From assembly GCF_037042905.1 (NCBI RefSeq), contig NC_087245.1, positions 7,256,001-7,320,000 on the forward strand: 64,000 nt of DNA, written 5' to 3'. The stretch's first letter is position 1, and each line of letters starts with the position of its first letter. The notes beneath the pieces are model-generated. The model worked only from the letters and a program-made list of their open reading frames with translations. It was not told the DNA's origin and did not search any database. Origin of the DNA: Lytechinus pictus. Lineage: Eukaryota. Of the stretch, positions 11,664-24,204 are shown in pieces. The position numbers were made by a program, and so were the translations under genes.

Positions 11664-11903
11664 ATGAACAGCCACCAGATTTCACCGGTTGTCCCTCCAA
11701 CATGAACGTATCAACAGGTTTAGGTCAACCAAATGCTACTGTGAAATGGTCAGCACCTAGTTTCACAGACAATGTAGATGTCAATGTTACATCATCTCAT
11801 GCATCTGGGGATCAGTTCAACATTGGGGTTACAGATGTGTTTTATAATGGAAGTGATAGTGCAGGGAACATTGCTTCTTGTGTTTTCACCATAACTGTGT
11901 CTG
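11664..11903 (+). CDS. HYR exon 9 (copy of exon 5)
   Basis: Same translation as exon 5; canonical splice sites. Confidence 0.9.
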
Positions 11904-12779
11904 GTAAGTGGATTTTGAAATTTCAAAATTTGTGAAAACCCTCTTTGATTCTTTTCGTTAAGTACATGTAGAATCTCAAAAGTACTGTTTCTAAATACCC
12001 AAGTCAGTCTACAAGTACCAAAATTACTTATTCAAAACTTTCCCTGGAAAATCATTCAGGATGAAGAAAATTTGCTTTCAAAATTGATTACTTTGAACTT
12101 TGAACAAACTTGTTTCTTGAAGTCAAAGTTGAGATAAGGTGACTCATCTATCCTAATCCATAATCTGTTTCAAAGAGAATGTGCACTCCAAAAAGAAGTG
12201 TATTTCTTCAGGGATTAAATCCAATAGAGAATTCTGAGCCTCGACATTGAATGAGAGGTGTTTCTAGTCTTCATTCTGCAATTTTTCAATACTTTTATAT
12301 TTTATTTCATTGTTTCTCTGATTTAACTCTGATCGTGCTTTAATTCTTGTAAATATTGTGATTTCATGATTTTATTTCGATAGAAACAGAAGTATCCTTT
12401 TGATTTTATCATTTCTTATCTGTAAATTTGTCTTATTCTGCCATCTATACTAGCACACATATCCGTGGTAGGGCAGGGGGATAAAGTATTATAAGGAAAT
12501 TTTTATTCAACTTCAATTCATACTTTGTCTTTATATGGTAAGTCTCGATGAAAGATTTACTTAAAAATTGATGTTGATGTTGGTTGATTATCCTTGGAAA
12601 TTTTGTAAGATAAAAAGTGTGCTAGAACGTGAGAATTTACAAAATTGATCTGTTATTTCAATTATTTGGGGGTTAGATTTTCTTAGCTTTATCACTTTGT
12701 GAATGGACGCATATATATTACCAAATAGGGGTAGTGTATAGTGAATTAGTAAGTTATTTATTTTCTGTCCTCTTCTCAG

Positions 12780-13022
12780 ACAATGAAAACCCAGTCATCA
12801 ATGGATGTCCAAGTAATCAAGATGTCAACACAGACAGTGGTAATGCTACAGCTTTAGTAACCTGGACACCACCTACAGCAACAGATAATTCTGGTACTCA
12901 GAAACTGACATCCACTGCCAATCCTGGAGATTACTTCCCTATTGGAAACAACACAGTGACTTACACCTCAACAGATGCTGCTGGAAATTCAGATACATGT
13001 ACTTTCTACATATCTGTTACTG
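12780..13022 (+). CDS. HYR exon 10 (copy of exon 6)
   Basis: TCAG|ACAAT..CTG|GTAAGT. Confidence 0.9.
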
Positions 13023-13291
13023 GTAAGTGTTCTTCAAAGAAAATTTTCTATCAACTGGGAATTGCTGCTGACCTTCTGAATAGTTGAAATTATTTCATTT
13101 TATCAAAGATATGTTCAAGAAATTCATGCAGTATGAAAATAGATTTCAGCTTCAGATGTTTGTCATTGAATAGGTCACAATCTTAGTCACTTTTTTGCCT
13201 TCTCTTCGGAAAGCAACAGTTTGTGTTTTACAGTTTACGAAATGAGAAATTAAGAATAAATACTGAGGAACTTTTCTTGTTTTCTTCTCAG

Positions 13292-13534
13292 ACAATGAGA
13301 ATCCAGTTATCAGTGGATGTCCAAGTAATCAAGATGCCAACACAGACAGTGGTAATGCTACAGCTTTAGTAACCTGGACACCACCTACAGCAACAGATAA
13401 TTCTGGTACTCAGACGCTGACATCCACTGCCAATCCTGGAGATTACCTTCCTATCGGAAACAACTCAGTGACTTACAAATCAACAGATGCTGCTGGAAAT
13501 ACAGAAACATGTACTTTCTACATATCTGTTACTG
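13292..13534 (+). CDS. HYR exon 11 (copy of exon 7)
   Basis: TCAG|ACAAT..CTG|GTAAGT. Confidence 0.9.
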
Positions 13535-14333
13535 GTAAGTAATAATTTGGCCTTGACGGAGACAGTTCAGCCTGCCAAACAAAGGTGATTTTGAAAACTA
13601 TTGGTTTATGCATATTTCCTGTATAAATTACGCCTGATTTACCACTTACATTTATAATATTAAATGTCCAATAATGATGTTCGCTTTTGTCACAGTGCGC
13701 CAAATTGAAGCCTGTTGCCATGGTTGAGAACGTTATTTTATATGTTAGTCGACTCATTACTTCAAAACAGTAGACTCATGAATAAAATTGCCTATTCAGC
13801 CATGGCAACAGACGTCAATTTGGAGCACTGTGGAAAAATGTGCATCAGCATTGGACATATTTTAATATACGTGGTAAGTGAGGCGTTATTTATACAGGAT
13901 ATCTGCCTAAATCATGGATTCAACCAATGTTTTTCAAAACCACTTTTGTGAATTTGGCCACCCGTGACTACATAACTTGAAGGTTTCCCCAAATCCCTAA
14001 CTAAGTTTGATTTCACAAGAAAGTCTTTGCAGTAGTCTTAATGTCTGACTTCAAAGTCAAAGTTTATTTGAAGTAAGACATTAAGACTAGTCCCAAGCCT
14101 TTCTTGTCAAATCAAACTTGGTGAGGGATTTGCATGTACTTAGGGAAACCTTCATGTTATGTAGTCACGGGTGAGCGATAGACCATAGGCCAGTTTACGG
14201 TTATGTCATGATAAACTTTTCTCAAATGACCTTTTATTTGTCATTAAGATGAGCACTTCAATTTCAAATGAAAATGTTGTGTAAGCTTTTAAAGCATTTA
14301 AATTCTAAGAACAAAAAGCATTGTATAGACCAG

Positions 14334-14490
14334 GGGAGCGTATCATCATTATTTTCATCCGACAAGTTTTCAGATCTGACATCTTTCTATGATTTTGATT
14401 GGGAGAGAGGCACTGTTTCTATGGTAAATGTCGGATAGAATGGGACTTGTCGGATAAAACGTCTGACAAGTCCTTTCATGAAATGCCCCC
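14334..14490. mobile_element. Short MITE, CAG TSD (CCWGG target)
   Basis: Absent from paralogous intron (~8928 TCAGGTG); TSD CAG; related copy at 63673-63816. Confidence 0.75.
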
Positions 14491-14687
14491 CAGGTGACTA
14501 GGATGGAACATCGAGGGTAATGTTGGGAAATCTGTTTGTTTTATTGTCTGCTTTAGGCACATTTGACTATTGTTTGGGCTAATGTCAAATACCAGTGATT
14601 ATGAAGGCTTTGTTATTCTTCAACTTGGATGTGATGAAAAGAATATTCTAAAAGGAATACACAAATGCCTACAGTATGTCAGTGAAT

Positions 14688-14834
14688 CTAAACTGAAGTC
14701 TTATCTTTTCTAACAGTATTAGTTATAGGCACTTTGACACTCATCCAAACTTTCTTTCTTTTCTTGTGCGCCTCGGAATAGAATATTTCTAGATAGATGG
14801 CGCTATATAAATGCCTATTATTATTATTATTATT
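14688..14834 (+). mobile_element. 3' tail fragment of a CR1/L2-group LINE or its SINE
   Basis: GTGCGCCT..GGCGCTATATAAAT..(TAT)n tail; absent from paralogous intron (~9115). Confidence 0.6.
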
Positions 14835-14997
14835 AATTTGAAAACTACCTTCATGGTTTGGTATCTCAAATGACCTTTTACTGCTATTGCACAATGTAAA
14901 ACTGTGAACAGGCTTATCTGGCTATAAGATCCAATCAGACCTCAAAGAGATTAACTTCCTTGGAAGAGAGCAGTTCCTTGTAAGACGTAATAGCCTG

Positions 14998-15155
14998 GTG
15001 GGTGTTTCATAAAGCTGTTCCTAAAGTAACGCACAACTGGAACCTGTTCTTAGTCGCTAAATCAGTTACATAGGGAGATCATTTAGAACAAGAAATGGTC
15101 ACCAGTCGTTCGTAAAGTCATTTGTATCTTATGGACAGCTTTATGAAACGGGCCC
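14998..15155. mobile_element. Short MITE, CTG TSD (CCWGG target)
   Basis: GTGGGTGTTTCATAAAGCTG / CAGCTTTATGAAACGGGCCC; paralogous empty site TAGCCTGGTG at ~9271. Confidence 0.8.
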
Positions 15156-15755
15156 CTGGTGTATGTTGCGTGCATGGTGTTAAGAAACATTGTGGCCTAT
15201 ATTTACTACTTGATCGTCAAACTCAATTTTGTTGAAGTATATTCAGGAATTCCACCATAAGATCGTTGTGTCTGTTTTGAGGTGTTGGACCATTTTATTT
15301 TACTGTCTGTAATAGGCGTTAGTGATTCCCATCTTTCCCAGAACCGACTCCTGTTCTGACCTAAGGCTTCGGTTCTTGGAGGAGTTTATGGCACAATAAA
15401 CTCCCTAGTGTATAACATTTCCAAACAATTGTCAATTTTGGTCATGATGTTTTGAGCCTAAAATTATAAACTTAGTCCTGAACGAGTATCAACAGGGTTT
15501 TTAGGTTATGTTAAAAAAGAGAATCGGTTCTCTTGTACAGTGAATCCTTCAGGCTCGAGTAATTGACTCTGAAACAAGGGGGTTGACTCTTTGTCTCTGG
15601 TGACAAGAATCGGGTAGACTCGATTACTCGGCTCTGTTGGGCAAGCATAGTCTGTAAAATGTTCCATTGTCACTTAAAATAAAATGGTTGGCCAAACAAT
15701 GCTGTAGAATTCACCAATGAGGTCGAAGTTTTTTTGTTTTTTTTTGTTTATACAG

Positions 15756-15998
15756 ACAATGAAGATCCAGTCATCAATGGATGTCCAAGTAATCAAGATG
15801 TCAGCACAGACAGCGGTAATGCTACAGCTGTAGTAACCTGGACACCACCTACAGCAACAGATAATTCTGGTACTCAGACACTGACATCCACTGCCAATCC
15901 TGGAGATTACCTTCCTATTGGAAACAACACAGTGACTTACACATCAATAGATTCTGCTGGAAATGCGGTCAACTGTGTCTTCTACCTTGTTGTAACAG
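15756..15998 (+). CDS. HYR exon 12 (copy of exon 8; GC donor)
   Basis: ACAG|ACAAT..CAG|GCAAGT. Confidence 0.88.
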
Positions 15999-16182
15999 GC
16001 AAGTTAGAAGGAATAAATATGTTCAAACCTGTAGATACTAATTTTCTTTCAATCTATCAGACTGGCAATCTAAGAACTAGTTTAACAACAACATGCTTTT
16101 GAGTTGAACTGACATGTAATAAACATTGCATTCAGATTCATTTTGATAAGAATTTCAAATTACAAATAAGATTTTAGGTGTA

Positions 16183-16404
16183 GGGCAATTCCATAGGTTG
16201 GTGGACATGAGCTCAATGTGTCTTTGTACATATAGCCCATCTGAACCGTAACGTGAGTAACCACTTTATCTGCACCCCTTGTAAAAACCATGTGTTCTTT
16301 ATTTTTTTAATTATATACAAATTTTTCTCCCTAATATACTTCTTTGAAATGGATATAATCAACTTTCATAAAAACCTTGCATGAGGACACATGAGGAATA
16401 GCCC
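16183..16404. mobile_element. Internally deleted Sola2-like MITE
   Basis: TGTA|GGGCAATTCC..GGAATAGCCC|TGTA, 4-bp TSD; same ends as 39466-41110 in opposite orientation. Confidence 0.7.
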
Positions 16405-16622
16405 TGTAGCTGATTTAGCATCTGAGATGATGTTCCTGTCATGAGTAAAATACAGACATGTTTATTTGAATGCAGTAGTGAGATGTTAATCTGAGATGAC
16501 AAAAGTTTGGCCAATTATTCTTTCTTCTCAAATCATGTCAAGACTTCTATTTTTTCTATTGGAATTGGAATACCTTGATAGGGTACCTAATTTGAGTGTA
16601 TCAAAGATTTTTAGCTCCATTG

Positions 16623-17225
16623 TTTTTATGCGCCCGTCCTACGGAACGTAGTATGGTATCACGCTCGGTGTCTGTCCGTTTCTCTATCTGTCCGTCCATT
16701 AACTCTTCCTTGTAAACGCGATAACTTCAGTTTAACTTTACCTAAGCTCATATAATTTTGTGTGTATGATACTAGAATTACTCCCAGGAAGTCTAGTGAT
16801 TTTGAGGTCAAAAGGTCAAAGGTCAAGGTCACAGTGACATGTTTTCATCTTTCCCTTCTGCAGTCCTTGTAAATGCGATAAGTTCAGTCTAACTTAACCT
16901 AGGCTCATATTATTTGGTGTGTATGATACTAGCATGGATTCCAGGAAGCCTATTGATTTTGAGGTCAAAAGGTCAAAGGTCAAGATCACAGTGACATGTT
17001 TTCATCTTGCCCTTCTGCAGTCCTTGTAAATGCGAGTTTAGTTTAACTTAACCTAGGCTCATATAAATTGGTGTGTATGATACTAGCATGGGTCCCAGGA
17101 ATTATATTGATTTTGAGGTCAGAAGGTCAAAGGTGAATTCTCACCTTCCACTTTTCTTGCTTGACCAATAACTTCATTTTCTGAGTTACAGGCAGGCGTA
17201 TTATGTGCTCGCCTTAGCGAGCACA
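16623..17225. mobile_element. HINE-like element (paralog of 10521-10966 with one extra monomer)
   Basis: Same 5' end and ~157-bp monomers (16800 vs 16957). Confidence 0.65.
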
Positions 17226-17248
17226 TAATTGCTAATCATGCCTATTTC

Positions 17249-18136
17249 TAGCCTCTTGTCGAGGCCCTGGCGGCTGCTTCCCGAGCGAAGCGAGGGATTT
17301 CTTCATTCGAGCGAGGGATTTCCTCATTCGCGAAGCGAATTAGGCCTGGTGCAAGCCAGGGCCTCTTGACATCTGAGCTGAATTATATATTCATGAGGAA
17401 CGTCTTCCTAATGAATATACATGAGTCATGATATTACCGGTCACCTAGTAAACCAATGAAATGTTAAAGCTGTTTCGTCCGGGGTTCGGAATACTATAGT
17501 AGTCCACAATTCTGCAGGGGATTCATTTAATTGCGGTACACTAAAGGGGATATAACCAGCAAAATGCTACTAGTAATGGTACTACTAGTACTGGCCGTAA
17601 CAGACCCATCACCCCCCGAAACTTCCCGGGAGATACTGGTTAGACTCGAGTCAAGGGGAAGCAACTCCACTCCAGCATTCCCTCACTGCACAGCGGAGAT
17701 CGATAATCGACGCATAGTGGAATCGCATTTTTTCCATATCCTGTGGGTAGATTTACAAAACATCTCGTCCTTTCAGTGCAGATTCAATTTCATTGACTTG
17801 CAAATCCTTAAATCTGTCAATATTCAGCATTTTAGAGGCATATTCAATGCTCTTTGATGTTTCGTCTTCACTCTTCGCCAAGAATCCACGGGTCCCCATT
17901 CAAGATGACCTCATGAATATTCAATATGACGTTATAGCTGCCTGCACTCTCATTGGATTTTCACCGACCAGTTCTTGGTCGGGATATTGGTAAAAACAAT
18001 TAAAAAAGCAAAAGAAAGTCGGTGAAATTCGGCTCAGATGTCAAGAGGCCCTGTCTCGCGGCGCTCTGCTTCGCTATATCCCTTGCTTAGCCATGTTCGC
18101 TCGGAAAGCAGCCGACAGGGCCTCGACAAGAGGCTA
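17249..18136. mobile_element. Academ(H)-like non-autonomous DNA transposon
   Basis: TIR TAGCCTCTTGTCGAGGCCCTG / CAGGGCCTCGACAAGAGGCTA; 9-bp TSD GCCTATTTC; second inner inverted pair ~17358/~18026. Confidence 0.75.
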
Positions 18137-18169
18137 GCCTATTTCATGATGTTGTTGTTGCGTTGACAG

Positions 18170-18412
18170 ACGATGAGGATCCAGTCATCAGTGGATGTCC
18201 CAGTGATCAGAATGTTGGCACAGACAGTGGTAATGCTACAGCTGTAGTAACCTGGACACCACCTACATCAACAGATAATAATCGTAAGCTGACACTGACG
18301 TCTACTGCCAATCCTGGGGATTATTTTCCAATTGGAAATACCATAGTGAACTACACATCAACGGATACTGCAGGGAATACAGAAGTCTGTACCTTCAATA
18401 TAGTTGTGACTG
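18170..18412 (+). CDS. HYR exon 13 (diverged DNENP subfamily)
   Basis: ACAG|ACGAT..CTG|GTGAGT; 243 nt. Confidence 0.9.
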
Positions 18413-18996
18413 GTGAGTTCTTATCTATCTCTCATCTATATGACTATGATTCACAAAGGAGCCTAATAGAGGGGAGTGGCTCCTAGGTAGAGCATGTTAT
18501 ATGAGTAGGATCTTTCATAAAGTAGGTTTTATCAAAAATCTCTTAATAGAAATGTGAGCTTTCATGGTGTACCTTATGTATCTTTCTCGGGGAAGTGTTT
18601 GGTCCTGAAAAGGCCTATCCATATCAGTCCATCCAAACTCACTACATTTTTTGCAATCTTCAGGAAAAGGATCTGTTAACCATAATACAAATTAACAATC
18701 GCTTGAAATTAGATAAAACTTCTTTACCGTTGTCATGATTTAGAACGGCCGGGTGCCTGTATGAATTAAAAGCAAGAATACTGGTTTTAGGGTAAAGATT
18801 GTAAGTGGATAGTGTGTTAAAGCTCATAAAAGATTGTAAGATAGACAAGATAGAAACATTTTATTTGTCTTCGTATAAAATGATTTGTTACTAAGTTGTA
18901 TATAAGAATAACTTATCATGATGCACTCTGAGATGCAATAGACTGCAGATTACAATTCCATCCATTCATTCATTTTTTGTTGTGCATTTTGTATAG

Positions 18997-19239
18997 ATGA
19001 TGAAGACCCTGTTATAATTGGATGCTATGTCTCACTTTCATCAGTATCACTGCCTGGTGAGGCCTTTGATAATGTAAACTTTGTTGAACCGATGGTCACA
19101 GACAACTCTGGTGCTGTTACTATAAGTGGATCCCATGTTTCAGGAACCATGTTTTACATTGGAGAAACAGAGGTCACATTTAATGCCACAGATCCTTCTG
19201 GGAATACTGCCATGTGTTCCTTTCCTATAACTGTACTTG
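18997..19239 (+). CDS. HYR exon 14
   Basis: ATAG|ATGAT..TTG|GTAAGT; DDEDPVIIGCY..AMCSFPITVLG; 243 nt. Confidence 0.9.
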
Positions 19240-19515
19240 GTAAGTTTGTAGGCCCCGCCCGCAGGAGGTGGTTACTGGCCACATTATCTTTTAATCGTTT
19301 GTATATCTGTCTGTCCTGTTTTGCTTGTTGAGAACCATTTGATGGATCAATGTGGTACAAGTATGCATGTAGTGATGATGATCTGATCTTTTTTTTTAGG
19401 GGGGTATCAAGGTCAAATAGTGTGGTACAGTATGTCACTGACACAGCTCCCATAGGACGTGCCAAAATTGATTTTTTTTTTTTTGGTTGTTTTGGCTTCA
19501 ATAGGGTCCCCTTAG

Positions 19516-19971
19516 CAGAGCTGCCAAGTAGTATGATTTTTCTGTATTTAGTACGTTTTTGCAACCAAAATACGCCAGTACGTTTTTTTTGTTTTTTTTT
19601 ACAAAATCGAAATTTATTGAGAAAAATCATCTCTATATGTCTCTATTTCATGAAACGTACACAAATATGGTTATTAGATCAATGTAATTTCAGGTAACTT
19701 GTTTTTTTTTTTTAATCATTTTGTAAAAACCAGGGTGAGATATACACAAGTTTCAATGTTTTTTTTTTTTCATCTGCAAGAGCAGTGCACATTTTAGCTT
19801 GCATGCAGCTTGAGCGCCGTGATGGGCGAGTGCGCCAAGCATTTTATTATGAAATACACTTTTTTAGGGAAAAATACAAAATATTTATCTCACACGGTAA
19901 AAATACTGATATTTTTGTCAAAATACTGATTTTGGGAGAATACTGAAAATGCAAAATGCTTGGCAGCTCTG
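19516..19971. mobile_element. MITE with CAGAGCTGCCAAG TIR and 6-bp TSD
   Basis: CCTTAG|CAGAGCTGCCAAG..CTTGGCAGCTCTG|CCTTAG; empty site visible in the inverted copy near 27250. Confidence 0.8.
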
Positions 19972-20245
19972 CCTTAGACCAAAAATGATGGGGTTCAAAT
20001 TTTTAGATCCCTCCTACCCTTCGTGGGGGGTCCTTTTTGGCGCCATATTGGCCTATACAAAACCCAGTATGATAATCCATTGTTTTCATCCTTATATCTC
20101 ACTTTTCTTCGCCAATTTTATTTTTAGTTGTCTGAGGTGTATAATAATGAATATTTGATGATGTTGTGATGTCAATGTTTTTTCACTTTTACTTTACGAA
20201 AATGCCCCAAAATTGTATATTACCCCAAAAAATGTAATTTCCCCC

Positions 20246-22947
20246 TTTTTGTCTCGCCTGCATAGCAGAGCGAGACTATAGGCGCCGCTTTTCCGACGGC
20301 GGCGTCAACATCAAATCTTAACCTAAGGTTAAGTTTTTTAAATGACATCATAACTTAGAAAGTATATGGACCTAGTTCATGAAACTTGGACATAAGGTTA
20401 ATCAAGTATTACTAAACATGCTGCCTGTGTTTCAGGTTACATGACCAAGGTCAAAGGTCATTTAGGGTCAATGAACTTTGGCCAAGTTGGGGTATTTGTT
20501 AAATTACCATCCTAACTCTGAAAGTTTATGGATCTAGTTCATAAAACTTGGACATAAGAGTAATCAAGTATCACTGAACATCCTGTACGAGTTTCAGGTC
20601 ACATGGTCATGGTCAAAGGTCATTAAAGGTCAATGAACTTTGGCTGTGTTGGGGGTATTTGTTGAATTACCATCCTAACTCTGAAAGTTTATGGATCTAG
20701 TTCATAAAACTTAAGATATAAGAGTAATCAAGTATCACTGAACATCCCCTGTGAGTTTCAGGTCACAAAACCAAGGTCATAGGTCAGTTGAGGTCAATAA
20801 ACTTAGGCCATGTTGGGGTAATTGTTGAATTGCCATCATAACTTTGAAAGTTTATGAATAGAGTGAATGAAATGTGGACATGGGTGTAGTTGACAAGTCT
20901 TAAGTCACCGTTCAAATGTCATTTATGGTCAGTGAACATGGTATTATGTCATTATATGAATGGTGTTTTTGTTAATGATTATTTTATAGTAGTTTTCAAA
21001 GTTAGAACTGCTGCTATATTAAATCGCGTAATTGCGTAATTGTCTATAACAGGCTTTATAAATTTCTGGATGATCATAAGTATTTGAATTCTGAACAATA
21101 TGGATTTAGACGATCCAATTCCACTGACCTTGCACTATTGAAGTTTTATGATCGTGTTTCAACTGCCTTAGCAGCTCGCGAGCATGTTGTTGGTGTATTC
21201 ATGGATCTCAGCAAAGCTTTTGATACACTTGATCACTCGATTCTACTTTGTAAATTGGACCACTATGGAATACGAGGTGTCGCACAACAATGGTTTTCAA
21301 GTTATTAATCTCTTAGAAGACAATATACTCATTACAAGGGTATTGACTCAGATGTTTCTTCTTTAACATGTGGTGTCCCACAGGGGTCTATTCTAGGCCC
21401 ACTACTATTTCTCATTTACATTAATGATATTTGTGATGTTTTGCATTACACTTTATTCGCAGATGATACTAATGTTTTCATTTCACATCGTGATGTAAAT
21501 GTTCTAGAGCACATGCTGAATTCAGAACTTCCGAAGCTGACATTATGGTTCAGGAGTAACCTATTATCCCTGAATTTAGGAAAAACAAATTTTGTTCATT
21601 TTCAGGGGAGGAAATCTACTGGTAACAAACAAATAAGCATTAAAGTAGATGGAGTTGAAATAGAACAAAGGCAGTGTACACAGTTTCTAGGTGTGTATGT
21701 TAATCAGAAACTAGACTGGAGTGATCATGTCACTCATATTGTTACCAAAATTTCTAGAAATATTGGTGTATTGTATAGGGTAAAAACATTTGTTAATGAT
21801 AGGATATTATTGATGATATACAATACTCTTGTACTGCCACATATTTCATATTGCAATGTTCTTTGGGCTACATCTAAAGTGTCAACTACCAATATATTTC
21901 TCCTGCAAAAGAAAGCAGTTCGCATATGTACTGGGTCTGGTTACAGAGACCATACAAATCCCTTATTTGTAAAGCTGAAGTGCTTGAAGGTAGAAGATAT
22001 ACATTTTTTGCAAACTGCCTTATTTATGTTTCGTTTTAATGCCAATATGCTACCTGAATCATTTTCTTTAATGTTTCAGCACAAGACAGTCATCGAACAT
22101 ACATTTGGTTAATCCCCGCACCGCATTAGCTCATAAATCAATCAGACACCGTCGTTCAGATGTTTGGAATTCTCTTCCACATAATATTCAAAATTTGAAA
22201 ACCTCACATTCTTTTAAATTGGCTGTAAAGCACAATCTTCTTTTACATTTTTTGCAAACTGCCTTATTTATGTTTCGTTTTAATGCCAATATGGTACCTG
22301 AATCATTTTCTTTAATGTTTCAGCCTAACAGCACTGTCCATTCATATAGCACAAGACAGTCATAGAACATACATTTGGTTAATCCCCGCACCGCATTAGC
22401 TCATAAATCAATCAGACACCGTCGTTCAGATGTTTGGAATTCTCTTCCACATAATATTCAAAATTTGAAAACCTCACATTCTTTTAAATTGGCTGTAAAG
22501 CACAATCTCCTTTCAAAATTACAGAATCTGTAAAGTGCTAGTAACGTACATGTATACATGTATTTTGTTTTCTTTCTTCTATTTGTAACTGAAGATTAAG
22601 AATTTAACTTTGTTGAATTACTATACCATATATTCATAACAATTTGAAACTTAATTGTTATATCTCGGCAGTCTATCACTTTTACATTCTTCTCTTTCTT
22701 TCCTCTCTTCCTTATTCTTACATTTTATTTTGTTTTCTTGAATGCAAAACCAGTTTAAAGGTGCTTCAACCAATCAAGCTTTTAGCTTATGTTGTAACAC
22801 CTTTGTATGTTCCTTATTTACTTGTGTTTCATATATATATTTGTATATTATCTGTGTATTCTTTTACATTGCACATTGTGAACATGCATGAATAAATAAA
22901 TAAATAAATAAATGCAGGCGAGACTGACAGAGGCGTACCACTTGTTT
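20246..22947. mobile_element. HINE-like element (~163-bp monomers) interrupted by a LINE
   Basis: TTTTT-GTCTCGCCTGCA..GCGAGAC 5' end; TGCAGGCGAGAC..CACTTGTTT 3' end; tandem GGTCAAAGGTCA monomers. Confidence 0.75.
21040..22912 (+). mobile_element. 5'-truncated non-LTR retrotransposon (CR1/L2 group, Crack/Daphne-like), reverse transcriptase pseudogene
   Basis: QYGFR..DLSKAFD..GVPQGSILGPLLFLIYIND..LFADDT..FLGV; in-frame stop at ~21306; (AATA)n tail 22891-22912. Confidence 0.9.
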
Positions 22948-23866
22948 GGCAATAGAATTAGGACAAAAAGATTACAAAATGAAATGCATATGTCTTGTTA
23001 TACAGTCCAATAACAGATATACATCATGTAATTTATATGATTATTCTTGGTCAATTGATGTAAAAATCAACCCCATTTCAGGATTTTATGCAGTGAAAAC
23101 CTTACTACAACACTAGAGGGCGCCATAACTTATAAGCACTTCCCTTAAAAAATATCGAATTCTAGGCACTGTAATTTTATCAATGAATTTGAAAGCTGAC
23201 ACATTTCAAGAGCAATTATTTCCAATGCCATTTCATAGTATGGGCATTTATTTGTTTTGATTCCTCAAAATGATTGCCCAAAATGGCTGCCTTAGGCTAA
23301 AAATTCATTGTTTTCCTTACTTAAGTGGCCTTAATTTGGTTTCTATAAGGTTTTTAAGGGTTAAAAAGTATATCGGGAAAAGTTACAAGGACAGCAAGTG
23401 GTCTTGTGAGTCCAGAAATCCAAGATGGCTTCCAAAAATGGAGTTCTAAATGGCTGTTGATACTTTAAATGGACATAGCACATTTTATATCAACCTGAGA
23501 TAGATGGAATTGGTGTATAGAACATGGTGATAATGATCAAAATTGGGACAAGTTACAAGGACAGTCCGGTTTGTTGAAAAATCCAAGTTGGCTTCCAAAA
23601 ATGGAGTTTGAAATTGCTGTTGCTGCTTGAAAAACCTATATAGTTTGTTCAATATCCGGGAATATGAATCTTTGTGTCTACCATGGTAAAATGGCTCAAA
23701 TAATACATTAGAATAAGTTACAAGGAGAGTCGTTGGTCAAGTATGTTAAACAATGGAGTATAAAATAGCCACTGATATTTACAAATGGACATGTAATATC
23801 CATCACGGATATGGTTTTGATGTCTAAACCATGATTTTTTAAGTCAGAAAAGTAGTTACAAGCGTT

Positions 23867-24162
23867 GGAGTGTTGTGGCCCAGTGGATTAGTCTTCTGAC
23901 TTTGAAACAGAGGGTCATGGGTTCGAATCCCAGCCATGGCATAATATCCTTCTGCAAGAAATTTATCCACATTGTGCTGCACTCAACATAGGTGAAGTAA
24001 ATGGGTACCCGGTAGGAAGAAATTCCTTGAATGCTTGAGCGCCTAGGCAGCCCATCTAAAGCAGAGGTAATAATAAAGCAGGGCCTGCTGCGAGAACAGT
24101 TTTCAGAACTGAAGTGGCTTCCCTAGGTAAATATACCTATATTATTAATATTATCATATTAT
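23867..24162 (+). mobile_element. tRNA-derived SINE
   Basis: A-box TGGCCCAGTGG, B-box GGTTCGAATCC, body ..GTAAATGGGTACC.., AT-rich (TAT) tail. Confidence 0.8.
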
Positions 24163-24204
24163 AACAAGGACAGTCAGTAAAAAAATCCAAATGGCATCAA
24201 GAAA

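Noticed and set aside
17531..17857. 108-aa ORF with a signal-peptide-like stretch
   Set aside because: Lies inside a non-autonomous element, starts at TTG and has no recognisable domain or splice context
21084..22365. Functional reverse transcriptase gene or RT-based system
   Set aside because: 5'-truncated with an in-frame stop and an internal duplication; an ordinary dead LINE copy
23867..23940. tRNA gene
   Set aside because: A and B boxes are present but it continues into a SINE body and AT-rich tail, and the cloverleaf is imperfect
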